Part shown: piece by piece, positions 1 through 8,376 of the stretch
Position numbering within the stretch: position 1 is the first letter of the stretch
Layout of the letters: each line of letters begins with the position of its first letter
NCBI GenBank assembly: GCA_963749705.1
Contig: CAVVNQ010000011.1
Span: 1-64,000, forward strand
DNA from: an uncultured Chloroflexia bacterium
GTDB taxonomy: Bacteria > Chloroflexota > Limnocylindria > Limnocylindrales > CSP1-4
Direction: 5' to 3'
Length of the DNA: 64,000 bases
Program-made: the position numbers and the translations under genes
The notes under the pieces: generated by a model
What the model was told of the DNA's origin: nothing
Database searches by the model: none
The model's input: only the letters and a program-made list of their open reading frames with translations

Positions 1-18
1 CTCGGGCAAGGAGTCGGA

Positions 19-681
19 ATGAAGCTTCTCCTCACCTCCGGGGGCGTCACGAACGCGAGCATCCGCGACGCGCTGGTCGACCTGCTGGGCAAGCCGATCG
101 CCGACTCCACGGCGCTGTGCATCCCGACGGCCCAATGGGGCCACCCGATGTGTGGACCGACATCGGTGCGGGGCTTCATCAGCGGTCTGCCCCCGTGGGG
201 CGGCATCACGTCCCTGGGTTGGAGGTCGCTCGGCCTCCTCGAGCTGACCGCACTGCCCACGATCGGCGCGGAACGCTGGATCCCCTGGGTCCGAGAGGCC
301 GACGTCCTGCTCGTGGATGGCGGCGACGCGACGTACCTGTGCCACTGGATGCGAGCGTCCGGGCTCGCGGACCTGCTGCCGTCGCTGCCCGACATGACCT
401 GGGTGGGGGTGAGCGCCGGGAGCATGGTGATGACCCCGCGGATCGGCGACCTCTTCGTGCAGTGGCCGGCGGCGCCGGACGACCGAACCCTGGGGGTCGT
501 CGACTTCGCGATCTTCCCGCACCTGGACGTGTTTCCGACGAACACCCTCCCGGCGGCGGAGCGCTGGGCGGCCGACATCGGCGGCACGGCGTATGCCATC
601 GATGATCAGACCGCCATCCGGGTCGTCGACGGCAGGGTCGACGTCGTCTCCGAGGGGACCTGGAAGCGGCTCGGCTCTTAG
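19..681 (+). CDS. Peptidase E (S51) / type 1 glutamine amidotransferase-like protein
   Basis: LLLTSGG N-terminus, GGDAxYL, GVSAGS nucleophile motif, FPH and AIDDQTA motifs; GGAG SD upstream. Confidence 0.85.
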   Translation: MKLLLTSGGVTNASIRDALVDLLGKPIADSTALCIPTAQWGHPMCGPTSVRGFISGLPPWGGITSLGWRSLGLLELTALPTIGAERWIPWVREADVLLVDGGDATYLCHWMRASGLADLLPSLPDMTWVGVSAGSMVMTPRIGDLFVQWPAAPDDRTLGVVDFAIFPHLDVFPTNTLPAAERWAADIGGTAYAIDDQTAIRVVDGRVDVVSEGTWKRLGS

Positions 682-784
682 TCTGTCCCTGGCCACGGGG
701 TTGGTGGCTGGCGGGGCCGATCGGGCGGCGCAGGTCTGGGTCCTGCGAAAACACCAGCGGCTAATCTAGATGGAGGGATTGAGC

Positions 785-1221
785 ATGGATCACGAACCGG
801 CAGGGTCCGGCGAGGCCGTTCTCGTCCGGACGGGGCGAACCTACAGGGCCGGCAGGGGCTCACCTACGGCGAAGGCGTCTTTGCGGAGAACACGGGGGCG
901 CGGGAGCTGTGCCTGCACGTGCTGCGGATCTCACCGGGTGGACGCGCCAAGGCCCATCTCCACGCGAGCCACGAGACGGCGATCTATCTCATCGAGGGGG
1001 CGGTGTCGGTCCTTCACGGGCAGGGCCTCAAGCATCGGACTGAGATGGAGGCCGGCGACTACCTCTACATCCCGGCCGATTGCCCCCACGTGCCGGTCAA
1101 TACGGGGAGCGTCGAAGCGTTCGCCGTGCTGGCGAGGACTGATCCGAATGAACAGGAGAGCGTGGTCCTCCTTCCGTCGATGGAGGGCGTGATCGAGGAT
1201 CGACTCGAGGATGGCTCGTGA
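785..1221 (+). pseudogene. Cupin-domain protein with an apparent 1-nt frameshift near 845
   Basis: ATG 785 with GGAGG SD gives MDHEPAGSGEAVLVRTGRTY, then continues in another frame as GRQGLTYGEGVFAENTGARELCLHVLRISPGGRAKAHLHASHETAIY (cupin HxHxxHE and PH motifs); may be a sequencing error. Confidence 0.7.
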
Positions 1222-1787
1222 TGCGCAGCGTGACCTACTCGATGGGCATCTCGCTCGACGGCTACATCGTCGGGCCGGACGGCACGTTCGACTGGACGGC
1301 GCCGCTCGATGACGTCTTTCGCTTCTGGATCGACGAGATCCGGGGGGTCGGCGTCCACCTGATGGGCCGACGGCTGTACGAGACGATGCTGTACTGGGAG
1401 ACCGCGGCCCAGGATGCGTCGCTCGACGCTGCGGAGCTGGAGTGGGCCGCGCTCTGGAACCCGCTCCCCAAGGTCGTGTTCTCGACCACGCTGTCCGAGC
1501 TGCAGGGCAACGCCCGCCTTGCCACCGGCAGCCTGGCGGAGGAGATCGAGCGGCTGCGTGCCGAGCCCGGGGAGGGCGAGATCGCGATCGGCGGCGCGAC
1601 GCTCGCCGTCCAGGCGGCCGACCTGGACCTGATCGACGAGTACCGGACGATGGTCTACCCGGTGCTCGTTGGGGGTGGCATCCCGTTCTTCTCCCGGCAG
1701 GAACGCCGGGTCAATCTGGAGCTCGTCGAGACCCGTCCGTTCAGCGCCGGCGTCGTGTACCTCCGCTACCGCGTGGTGCGGTCGTGA
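1221..1787 (+). CDS. Dihydrofolate reductase family (RibD C-terminal-like) protein
   Basis: SLDGYI, LMGRRLYE, PKVVFS, GGATLA, LIDEY, PVLVGGG motifs. Confidence 0.9.
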   Translation: MRSVTYSMGISLDGYIVGPDGTFDWTAPLDDVFRFWIDEIRGVGVHLMGRRLYETMLYWETAAQDASLDAAELEWAALWNPLPKVVFSTTLSELQGNARLATGSLAEEIERLRAEPGEGEIAIGGATLAVQAADLDLIDEYRTMVYPVLVGGGIPFFSRQERRVNLELVETRPFSAGVVYLRYRVVRS

Positions 1788-1789
1788 AC

Positions 1790-2251
1790 ATGGGCTCAGC
1801 CGCATTCGTCCCGCCCGACTTCATCGTCCCGTCGTCGCTCGAGGCGCCGCAGTTCCGCCTCGAGCCACTGGGCCCACAGCACAATGCGGCCGACTACGCG
1901 GCCTGGACGTCGTCCATCGATCACATCCGCGGCACACCCGGCTATCCCGGCCGCACCTGGCCGGATGGCCGTTCCCTCGCCGACAACCTTCGCGATCTGC
2001 GCCGTCACGCGGACGACTTCGCGCACCGGCGCGGGTTCACGTACACCGTCCTCGATCCCGCGACGGCCGACGTCATCGGCTGCGTCTACATCTACCCGGA
2101 GAAGGGCGACCCGCAGCGCGCACGCGTGCGCTCCTGGGTGCGCGCGAGCCGAGCCGAGCTCGACGTCCCGTTGTGGCGCGCGGTCGGCGCCTGGCTCGAG
2201 GCGTCGTGGCCGTTCGCGGGCGTGACGTACGACGACCGCCAGACGCCGTAG
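1790..2251 (+). CDS. GNAT-like N-acetyltransferase (RimJ/RimL-like)
   Basis: C-terminal part of ORF 1442..2251 from ATG 1790; LEPLGPQHNAADYAAW, FTYTVLD, IGCVYIYP, VRSWVRA. Confidence 0.7.
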   Translation: MGSAAFVPPDFIVPSSLEAPQFRLEPLGPQHNAADYAAWTSSIDHIRGTPGYPGRTWPDGRSLADNLRDLRRHADDFAHRRGFTYTVLDPATADVIGCVYIYPEKGDPQRARVRSWVRASRAELDVPLWRAVGAWLEASWPFAGVTYDDRQTP

Positions 2252-2254
2252 TCG

Positions 2255-2389
2255 ATGAGCGTCCAGATCCTGTTCGTCCAGGGCGGCGGCGAAGGCGCCC
2301 ACGACGAGTGGGACGACGTGGCCGACATCGCGAGGACCCTCGAAGGGTGGCGGCGGCCGGGGCGGGCCGGGATCCGGCTCGAGCATTGA
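2255..2389 (+). pseudogene. 44-codon remnant of an alpha/beta hydrolase (YdeN/RBBP9-like N-terminus)
   Basis: Hand translation MSVQILFVQGGGEGAHDEWDDVADIARTLEG...; the N-terminus resembles small serine hydrolases but the catalytic core is missing. Confidence 0.5.
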
Positions 2390-2414
2390 TCGGGATCGCC
2401 GGCGTGGCATCCTC

Positions 2415-2984
2415 GTGACCACCATGACCCGCTACCTCGTCCTTCTCCGCGGTGTCAATGTCGGCGGCAAGAACAGGCTGCCGATGGCGGCGCTCCGCGA
2501 GCTCCTCGAGTCGCAGGGCCACACGCAGGTCTCGACCTACATCGCCAGCGGCAACGTCATCCTGAGCTCCGAGCGATCGGCGACCGAGATCAAGCGCGAC
2601 CTCGAGGCGGCGCTCCCGAAGGCGTTCGCGCTCGACAGCGAGCTGATCGCGGTGCTGGTCCTGACGCGGGCCCAGCTGCGCGCCGTTGTCCGGGACCGGC
2701 CGCAGGGCTTCGGCGACCAGCCGGACATCTACCACAGCGACGCGGTGTTCCTCATGGGGATCTCCGTCGCGGAGGCGCTCAAGGTGTTCGATCCGCGGCC
2801 CGGCGTCGACGCGGTCTGGCCGGGGACGGGCGTGATCTACTCGCAGCGGCTCACGGCGCAGCGGACGAAGAGCCGCCTCAACAAGATCATGGGCACTCCG
2901 GTCTACCGGTCGATGACGATCCGCAGCTGGGCGACGACGCTGGCGCTGCTCGAGCGGATGGAGGTGCCCGAGGCCGCGGCCTGA
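2415..2984 (+). CDS. DUF1697 domain protein
   Basis: LLRGVNVGGKNRLPM, TYIASGNV, TIRSW motifs. Confidence 0.9.
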   Translation: MTTMTRYLVLLRGVNVGGKNRLPMAALRELLESQGHTQVSTYIASGNVILSSERSATEIKRDLEAALPKAFALDSELIAVLVLTRAQLRAVVRDRPQGFGDQPDIYHSDAVFLMGISVAEALKVFDPRPGVDAVWPGTGVIYSQRLTAQRTKSRLNKIMGTPVYRSMTIRSWATTLALLERMEVPEAAA

Positions 2985-3059
2985 CCGGCGTGATCAGCCC
3001 GGCTCGGAGCGCAGCCAGGCGAACGGGCAGGCGCGGCGACATCGACGAGGCGGGCTCTC

Positions 3060-4331
3060 TCAGTGGAACAGCTCGGCGGACGACAGGTAGTCCCTCACGC
3101 TGCCCCCTCGACCCCCGGCGAGGAGGACGCGGCCGTCGAGGAGCAGCGTGGCGCTCTCGTCGGCGCGGAGGACCGTCGTCGTTCCAGCCTGGGTGAACGT
3201 GGCTCGCGCGGGGTCGTAGAGCTCGGGAGTCTCAGGGACGATCGCGCCGCCGGCAATGAGGATCCGGCCGTCGCGGAGCTCGATGGCTTCGGGTCTCGTT
3301 CGCGGCGTCACCATCGCGCCTGCTGACGTGAACGTCCCACTCGTCGGGTCGTAGAGCTCCGCGGTGGTCCGTCCTTCGAGGGCCGTCGGGAGCGCCCGGC
3401 CGCCGATGACGAGGACGCGGCCGTCTGGCAACAGGACGGCGGTCGGCACGGCGCCGCGCGCGCTCATCGCCCCGGTCGCCGTGAACGTGCCCGACTGCGG
3501 GTCATACAGCTCGGCGGACGCGGTCTCCGTCTCCGAGTTGTCGCCGGCGTCGACCCACCCTCCGGCCACGAGAACGCGGCCGTCCTGGAGGAGGACCGCG
3601 ACCGCGCCATCGCGATCGACGGTCATCGAACCGGTTGCCGTGAACGTCCCGGTCCGCGGGTCGTACAGCTCCGCCGACGCCAGCGGGAGGGCCGGGTTCC
3701 CGCTCGCGCCGCCGGCAAACAGGACGCGGCCGTCGAGGAGCAGCGTGGCCGTGGCGTAGTCACGGGCCACCGTCATCGACCCGGTTGCGCTGAAGGTCCC
3801 GGTCGCCGGGTCGTACAGCTCGGCGGATGTCGGACGGTTGAAGTCGCCTTCCTGTCGGATGATGCCGCCGACGATCAGCACCTGGCCGTCGAGAAGCCGC
3901 GTCGCGGTCGCGTACACGCGATCCTCGCTCATCGATCCCGTGGCGCTGAACGTCCCGCTCACGGGGTCGTACAGCTCCGCCGACGACAGCCTGGTCGTGT
4001 CGCCGGACGCCCCGCCCGCGATGAGCACCCGCCCGTCCTCCAGCAGGGTCGCCGTATGCCCCAGCCGCGGCGTCGTCATCGAGCCGGTGGCGATGAAGGT
4101 GTCCGTGTACGTGATCGCGTCATCGCGATTCAACAGTGCGGCCCCTGCGACCGCTCCCGCGACCACCAGCACGGCGGCCAGCCCGAGCAGGATCAGCGGC
4201 CGCCCTGACGATCGACGAGCTGGACGGGTATCCCGGACGATGTCGCGGAGCGCCCGCCGCAGGGTGAACGGCGCCGACGGCAGCTCGACGTTCCGCAGGC
4301 GATCCTGAAGGTCTCGATCCTGGTCGGTCAT
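3060..4331 (-). CDS. Membrane-anchored Kelch-repeat beta-propeller protein, putative anti-sigma factor
   Basis: ATGA overlap with upstream sigma gene; short cytoplasmic N-terminus, one TM segment, about 7 repeats of ATLLxDGRVLxAGG...SAELYDPxTGTF. Confidence 0.85.
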   Translation of the reverse strand: MTDQDRDLQDRLRNVELPSAPFTLRRALRDIVRDTRPARRSSGRPLILLGLAAVLVVAGAVAGAALLNRDDAITYTDTFIATGSMTTPRLGHTATLLEDGRVLIAGGASGDTTRLSSAELYDPVSGTFSATGSMSEDRVYATATRLLDGQVLIVGGIIRQEGDFNRPTSAELYDPATGTFSATGSMTVARDYATATLLLDGRVLFAGGASGNPALPLASAELYDPRTGTFTATGSMTVDRDGAVAVLLQDGRVLVAGGWVDAGDNSETETASAELYDPQSGTFTATGAMSARGAVPTAVLLPDGRVLVIGGRALPTALEGRTTAELYDPTSGTFTSAGAMVTPRTRPEAIELRDGRILIAGGAIVPETPELYDPARATFTQAGTTTVLRADESATLLLDGRVLLAGGRGGSVRDYLSSAELFH

Positions 4332-4876
4332 GTCGAACCCTCCGCCGGCCCGCCCGCGCGCATCCGCAGGAGCGCGCGATGGAGCCGGGACTTCACGGTG
4401 CCGACGGAGATGCCGAGCCGGGTCGCGACCTCGGTCAGGGGAAGGTCGGCCCAGTAGTGCAGCACCACGATGGCTCGAGCATCGACGTCGAGCACGGCGA
4501 GCTGGCGCAGGGCCGCGTCGCGCTCGAGGACGGCCTCGAACGGGTCGGCAATCGCGCTTGACTCGCCCTCGATGGGCACGAACCGGACGATGCGCCGGCG
4601 CCGCATGCGGTCGCGGCAGGCGTTGACCAGGATCCGGTCCAGCCAGGCGTCGAAGCGTTCCTCGTCGCGCAGCGATTCGAACGACCGCCACGCGGTTGCG
4701 AGCGCCTCCTGGCTCACGTCCTCGGCGTCGCCGGCGTTGCCGAGCACCAGCCCGGCCAGACGGAACAGGTGGTCCAGCCTCCGGCCGGCGAGCGCCATGA
4801 ACCTCGCCTGGCGCTCGTCATCGGGGAAGTCGCCACCGGCGTGGGTGGGCTGCGCTGGTTGGGCTCCTGCACGCAT
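4328..4876 (-). CDS. ECF RNA polymerase sigma factor
   Basis: DAEDVSQEA, AWLDRILVNACRD (region 2), GISVGTVKSRLHRA (region 4). Confidence 0.92.
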   Translation of the reverse strand: MRAGAQPAQPTHAGGDFPDDERQARFMALAGRRLDHLFRLAGLVLGNAGDAEDVSQEALATAWRSFESLRDEERFDAWLDRILVNACRDRMRRRRIVRFVPIEGESSAIADPFEAVLERDAALRQLAVLDVDARAIVVLHYWADLPLTEVATRLGISVGTVKSRLHRALLRMRAGGPAEGST

Positions 4877-4884
4877 CACGCATA

Positions 4885-4913
4885 TCCAGACGAACGACGA
4901 GCCGGTCCGGTTC
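4885..4913 (-). promoter_or_regulatory. Putative ECF-type autoregulatory promoter
   Basis: Minus strand GAACC...TTCGTCT just upstream of the sigma start; similar GAACC motifs precede the ECF genes at 41501 and 45436. Confidence 0.45.
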
Positions 4914-5043
4914 TCGGGATCACGGCTGGGAGGGCTGGCAAGGCTGCGTTCATCATGACGCGAGCCGGCCGATGCGCTCGGCTCCACAACGCCGCCCTCC
5001 TCCCCCATCGAGGGTGGCTTGAACCCACGCGACTACCCTATTC

Positions 5044-5089
5044 TTGACGTAGACTGATCACACGTTTAGCATACTGAACGTGAGTTCAT
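5044..5089 (+). promoter_or_regulatory. Sigma70 promoter with two tandem palindromic TetR operators
   Basis: TTGACG(5044)-N17-TAGCAT(5067), 7 nt before GTG 5080; imperfect palindromes CTGATC-ACAC-GTTTAG and TGAAC-GTGA-GTTCA. Confidence 0.6.
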
Positions 5090-5715
5090 CCATCGATCCA
5101 GGCGATCTGACCGCCCGCGCGACCATTCGGAATGCCGCCCTGCGGCTGTTTGCCGACCGCGGCCCGGACTCCGTCACCGTGCGCGAGATCGCCGCCCAGG
5201 CCGGCGTCTCCCCGGCCCTCGTCCTCCATCACTTCGGAAGCAAGGACGGCCTGCGGGCCGAGGTCGACGCGTTCGCTGCGAAGGCGTTCGACGGGATCTT
5301 CGAGGCGGTACCGCCCGACGAGCTCGCCGAGCTGCTCACGGGCGGGGCGCCGAAGGGCACGCTGGCGGAGGCATTCGCACGAGGCTTCCCGGCGGGCTCG
5401 GCACTGCCCGCGTATCTCGGCCGGCTCCTCCTGACCAACGACCCGGCGGGGGCCGCGCTGTTCGCCCATTGGTATGCGGCGACCCGGCGCCTGCTGGAGG
5501 CAATGGCCGAGATGGGCGTCGCACGGCCGAGCGAGGACCCCGACGTCCGCGCCGCGTTCTTCCTTGCCAACGACCTCGCACTCATCCTCCTGCGGAACCC
5601 GATCGGGATCGCCATCGGGGCCGACCCACTCACCCCTGAAGGGATCGATCGCTGGGCACGGGAGGCCGGCATCGTCTACGCAGAGGGCGCGTTCAACGCG
5701 CCGAAGAAGGAGTAG
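5080..5715 (+). CDS. TetR family transcriptional regulator
   Basis: HTH TVREIAAQAGVSPALVLHHFGSKDGL. Confidence 0.92.
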   Translation: MSSSIDPGDLTARATIRNAALRLFADRGPDSVTVREIAAQAGVSPALVLHHFGSKDGLRAEVDAFAAKAFDGIFEAVPPDELAELLTGGAPKGTLAEAFARGFPAGSALPAYLGRLLLTNDPAGAALFAHWYAATRRLLEAMAEMGVARPSEDPDVRAAFFLANDLALILLRNPIGIAIGADPLTPEGIDRWAREAGIVYAEGAFNAPKKE

Positions 5716-5723
5716 CACCTGAA

Positions 5724-6680
5724 ATGAGCGCGTCTCAACCCGTCATCCGGACCCAGGGCCTGACCAAGACATTCGGCTCGGTCCGTGCCCTTGACGGGCT
5801 CGATCTCGAGGTCGCCCCTGGCGAGGTCCACGGGTTCCTCGGCCCCAACGGAGCGGGCAAATCAACCACGATCCGGATCGTCCTGGGGCTCATGCGCGCC
5901 AGCGGCGGTCACGTCGAGCTGTTCGGCGGCGACCCGTGGCGCCAGGCCGCGACGCTCCACGAACGGCTGGCCTATGTCGCCGGCGACGTCGCGCTGTGGT
6001 CGGGGCTCACCGGCGGGCAGTGCCTCGACATCCTCGGCCAGACCCACGGCGGGCTCGACGAGGCTCGCCGGGCCGCGCTCATCGAGCGCTTCGACCTCGA
6101 CCCCACCAAGCGCGTCCGCGACTACTCCAAGGGCAACCGGCAGAAGGTCGCGCTGATCGCCGCCCTCGCCGCAGACGTCGACCTGCTGGTGCTCGACGAG
6201 CCCACCTCCGGGCTGGACCCGCTCATGGAGCGGGCCTTCCAGGAGGTCGTGCGCGAGCGGCGCCAGGCGGGCTGCACCGTGCTGCTGTCGAGTCACATCC
6301 TGGGCGAGGTCGAGGCCCTGGCCGACCGGGTGAGCATCATCCGGCGGGGCCGGACCGTGACGACCGGAACGCTCGCCGACCTTCGGCGGCATACCCGGAC
6401 CCATGTCCACGCGGTGACCGTCGATGCGCCCGCGGGCCTCGCCGACGCCGCGGGCGTCGCGGACCACGTCTCGGAGCGGCTGGACGGCCATGTCGACAGC
6501 CGGTTCACGATCGACGCCGAGCACCTCGACCGGGTCGTCGGCCTGCTGCACGCCGCACGGATCCACACGCTCACCGTCACGCCGCCCAGCCTCGACGCCC
6601 TGTTCCTGCGCACGTACGAAGGGGACGCCGCGTCGCTCGGCGCAGCCAAGCTCGGCGACGCCGTGGAGGCGGCCCGATGA
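5724..6680 (+). CDS. ABC transporter ATP-binding protein
   Basis: GPNGAGKST, YSKGNRQK, LVLDEPTSGLDP, SSH. Confidence 0.95.
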   Translation: MSASQPVIRTQGLTKTFGSVRALDGLDLEVAPGEVHGFLGPNGAGKSTTIRIVLGLMRASGGHVELFGGDPWRQAATLHERLAYVAGDVALWSGLTGGQCLDILGQTHGGLDEARRAALIERFDLDPTKRVRDYSKGNRQKVALIAALAADVDLLVLDEPTSGLDPLMERAFQEVVRERRQAGCTVLLSSHILGEVEALADRVSIIRRGRTVTTGTLADLRRHTRTHVHAVTVDAPAGLADAAGVADHVSERLDGHVDSRFTIDAEHLDRVVGLLHAARIHTLTVTPPSLDALFLRTYEGDAASLGAAKLGDAVEAAR

Positions 6681-8260
6681 GCGCGACCGGCCTGCGCGCC
6701 ATGCTCGCTGTCCAATGGCGGACGCACCGCCGGAGCACCCTCATCTGGATGCTCGCGCTGATCGCGATGATGGTCGGCACGGCGGGATCGATCGCCGGGC
6801 TGTACTCGACGCCCGAGAAGATCCACACCTACGCCCAGGCCGTCACCAGCGGCGACGCCCTGGTCGCGATCAACGGCAGGGTCGAGGGCATCGACAGCCT
6901 GGGCGGGATCATCGCCGACGAGTTCGGCTTCCTCGCCGCCTTCCTGCTGCCGCTGCTCGGGATCAGCCTCGTTGCCCAGGCGACCCGGCGCGAGGAGGAA
7001 GCGGGGCGCCTCGAGACGGTCCTCGGCGGCCGGGTCGCGCGCCACGTCCCGGCGCTGGCCGGGCTCATCGTCGCCACCGCCGCCATCATCGTCACCGCCG
7101 TCGCGTTCGCCATCGGGCTCGCCGCCTTCGGCGTGCCCGCGGCCCGATCTATCCTCTACGCCGCGTCCCTGGGCGCGCTCGCGTTCGTGTTCGCCGGGCT
7201 CGCGGCGCTGCTGGCCCAGGTCACGCTCCATTCCCGGGGCGTCTACATGTGGGCCCTGCTCGTGCTCGCCGCGGCCTACCTGCTGCGCGGCGTCGGCGAC
7301 GTGACGAAGACCTGGATCACCTGGCTGTCGCCGCTCGGCTGGGCCGAGAAGGCCGCGCCGTTCGGGGACATGCGCTGGTGGACCCTCCTCATCCCCGTCG
7401 CCGTCGGCGCGCTGCTCGCCGCGCTCGCCGTCATCGTCGCCGGACGCCGCGACCTCGGCAGCTCGCTCCTCCGCGGTGGTGCGGGATCGGCGCGGGCGAC
7501 CGCGTGGCTGCGCAGCCCGCTGGGGCTGGCGACCGCCATCCACCGCCCGTCGATCCTCGGCTGGCTCGCGGGTGCCGTGATCCTCGCGGGGATGATGGGC
7601 GCGCTCGCGCAGCAGTTCGTCGACGCCGTGCTCGGCAATCCGGCCATGGCCGAGGCGCTGGGAGTGTCGGGTGCGCAACCCCAGGATGGGATCGTCGCGA
7701 TCACCCAGCTGTACATCGCGGTCATCGCCACGGCGTATGCCGTCCAGGCCGTCGGCAGCCTGCGCGGCGAGGAGACCGGTGGACGTCTCGAGGTCCGGCT
7801 GTCCGGCACCCTGTCCCGCTTGGGCTGGCTCGCCGCGCACGCGCTCGTGATCGTGGCCGGCCTGGTCGCCATCGTCGTCGGCTCATCGCTCGTGCTGGCC
7901 GCGGGGATGGCGTGGTCGATGGGTGCCGGGGTGGACGTGGCTCGCGTCGTCGGGGCGGGTGCGGCGTACCTGCCGGCCGAGCTCCTCGTGGGCGGGCTTG
8001 CGCTTGCGCTGTTCGGCCTGCTGCCCAGGGCGCTTCCGGCGGGCTGGGCGGCCGTCGCGTTCGTGGCCTTCATCGCGTTCCTGGGTCCGGGGCTGAAGCT
8101 GCCCGGCTGGGTGCAGGACCTGTCGCCGATGACCCACGCGGGCAACCCACCGCTGGGCACCGTCGAGGCCGTGCAGCTCGTGATCCTCATCGCGATTGCC
8201 GCGGTCCTGGGCGTCGCTGCGGCGGCCGGGTTTCGTCGCCGGGGAGTCCCGCAGAGCTGA
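6677..8260 (+). CDS. ABC-2 type exporter permease (duplicated multi-TM, antibiotic/polyketide exporter type)
   Basis: ATGA overlap with ATPase; two hydrophobic halves each with a RxEExxGRLE motif. Confidence 0.85.
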   Translation: MSATGLRAMLAVQWRTHRRSTLIWMLALIAMMVGTAGSIAGLYSTPEKIHTYAQAVTSGDALVAINGRVEGIDSLGGIIADEFGFLAAFLLPLLGISLVAQATRREEEAGRLETVLGGRVARHVPALAGLIVATAAIIVTAVAFAIGLAAFGVPAARSILYAASLGALAFVFAGLAALLAQVTLHSRGVYMWALLVLAAAYLLRGVGDVTKTWITWLSPLGWAEKAAPFGDMRWWTLLIPVAVGALLAALAVIVAGRRDLGSSLLRGGAGSARATAWLRSPLGLATAIHRPSILGWLAGAVILAGMMGALAQQFVDAVLGNPAMAEALGVSGAQPQDGIVAITQLYIAVIATAYAVQAVGSLRGEETGGRLEVRLSGTLSRLGWLAAHALVIVAGLVAIVVGSSLVLAAGMAWSMGAGVDVARVVGAGAAYLPAELLVGGLALALFGLLPRALPAGWAAVAFVAFIAFLGPGLKLPGWVQDLSPMTHAGNPPLGTVEAVQLVILIAIAAVLGVAAAAGFRRRGVPQS

Positions 8261-8376
8261 CCTGCGGGGCACGGCGCCGCTCCGCGACCTGCCCGGCCCT
8301 GGCCGATCGAGCCGGGTTCCCCCCTCGGTGATAATCGAGGCAGGTCGCAGGTCAGGATGGAGGGCTGGCGCGTCCC

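Noticed and set aside
3063-4100. Nucleotide repeat array as a diversity-generating element
   Set aside because: Repeats are explained by Kelch protein blades; no reverse transcriptase or template repeat
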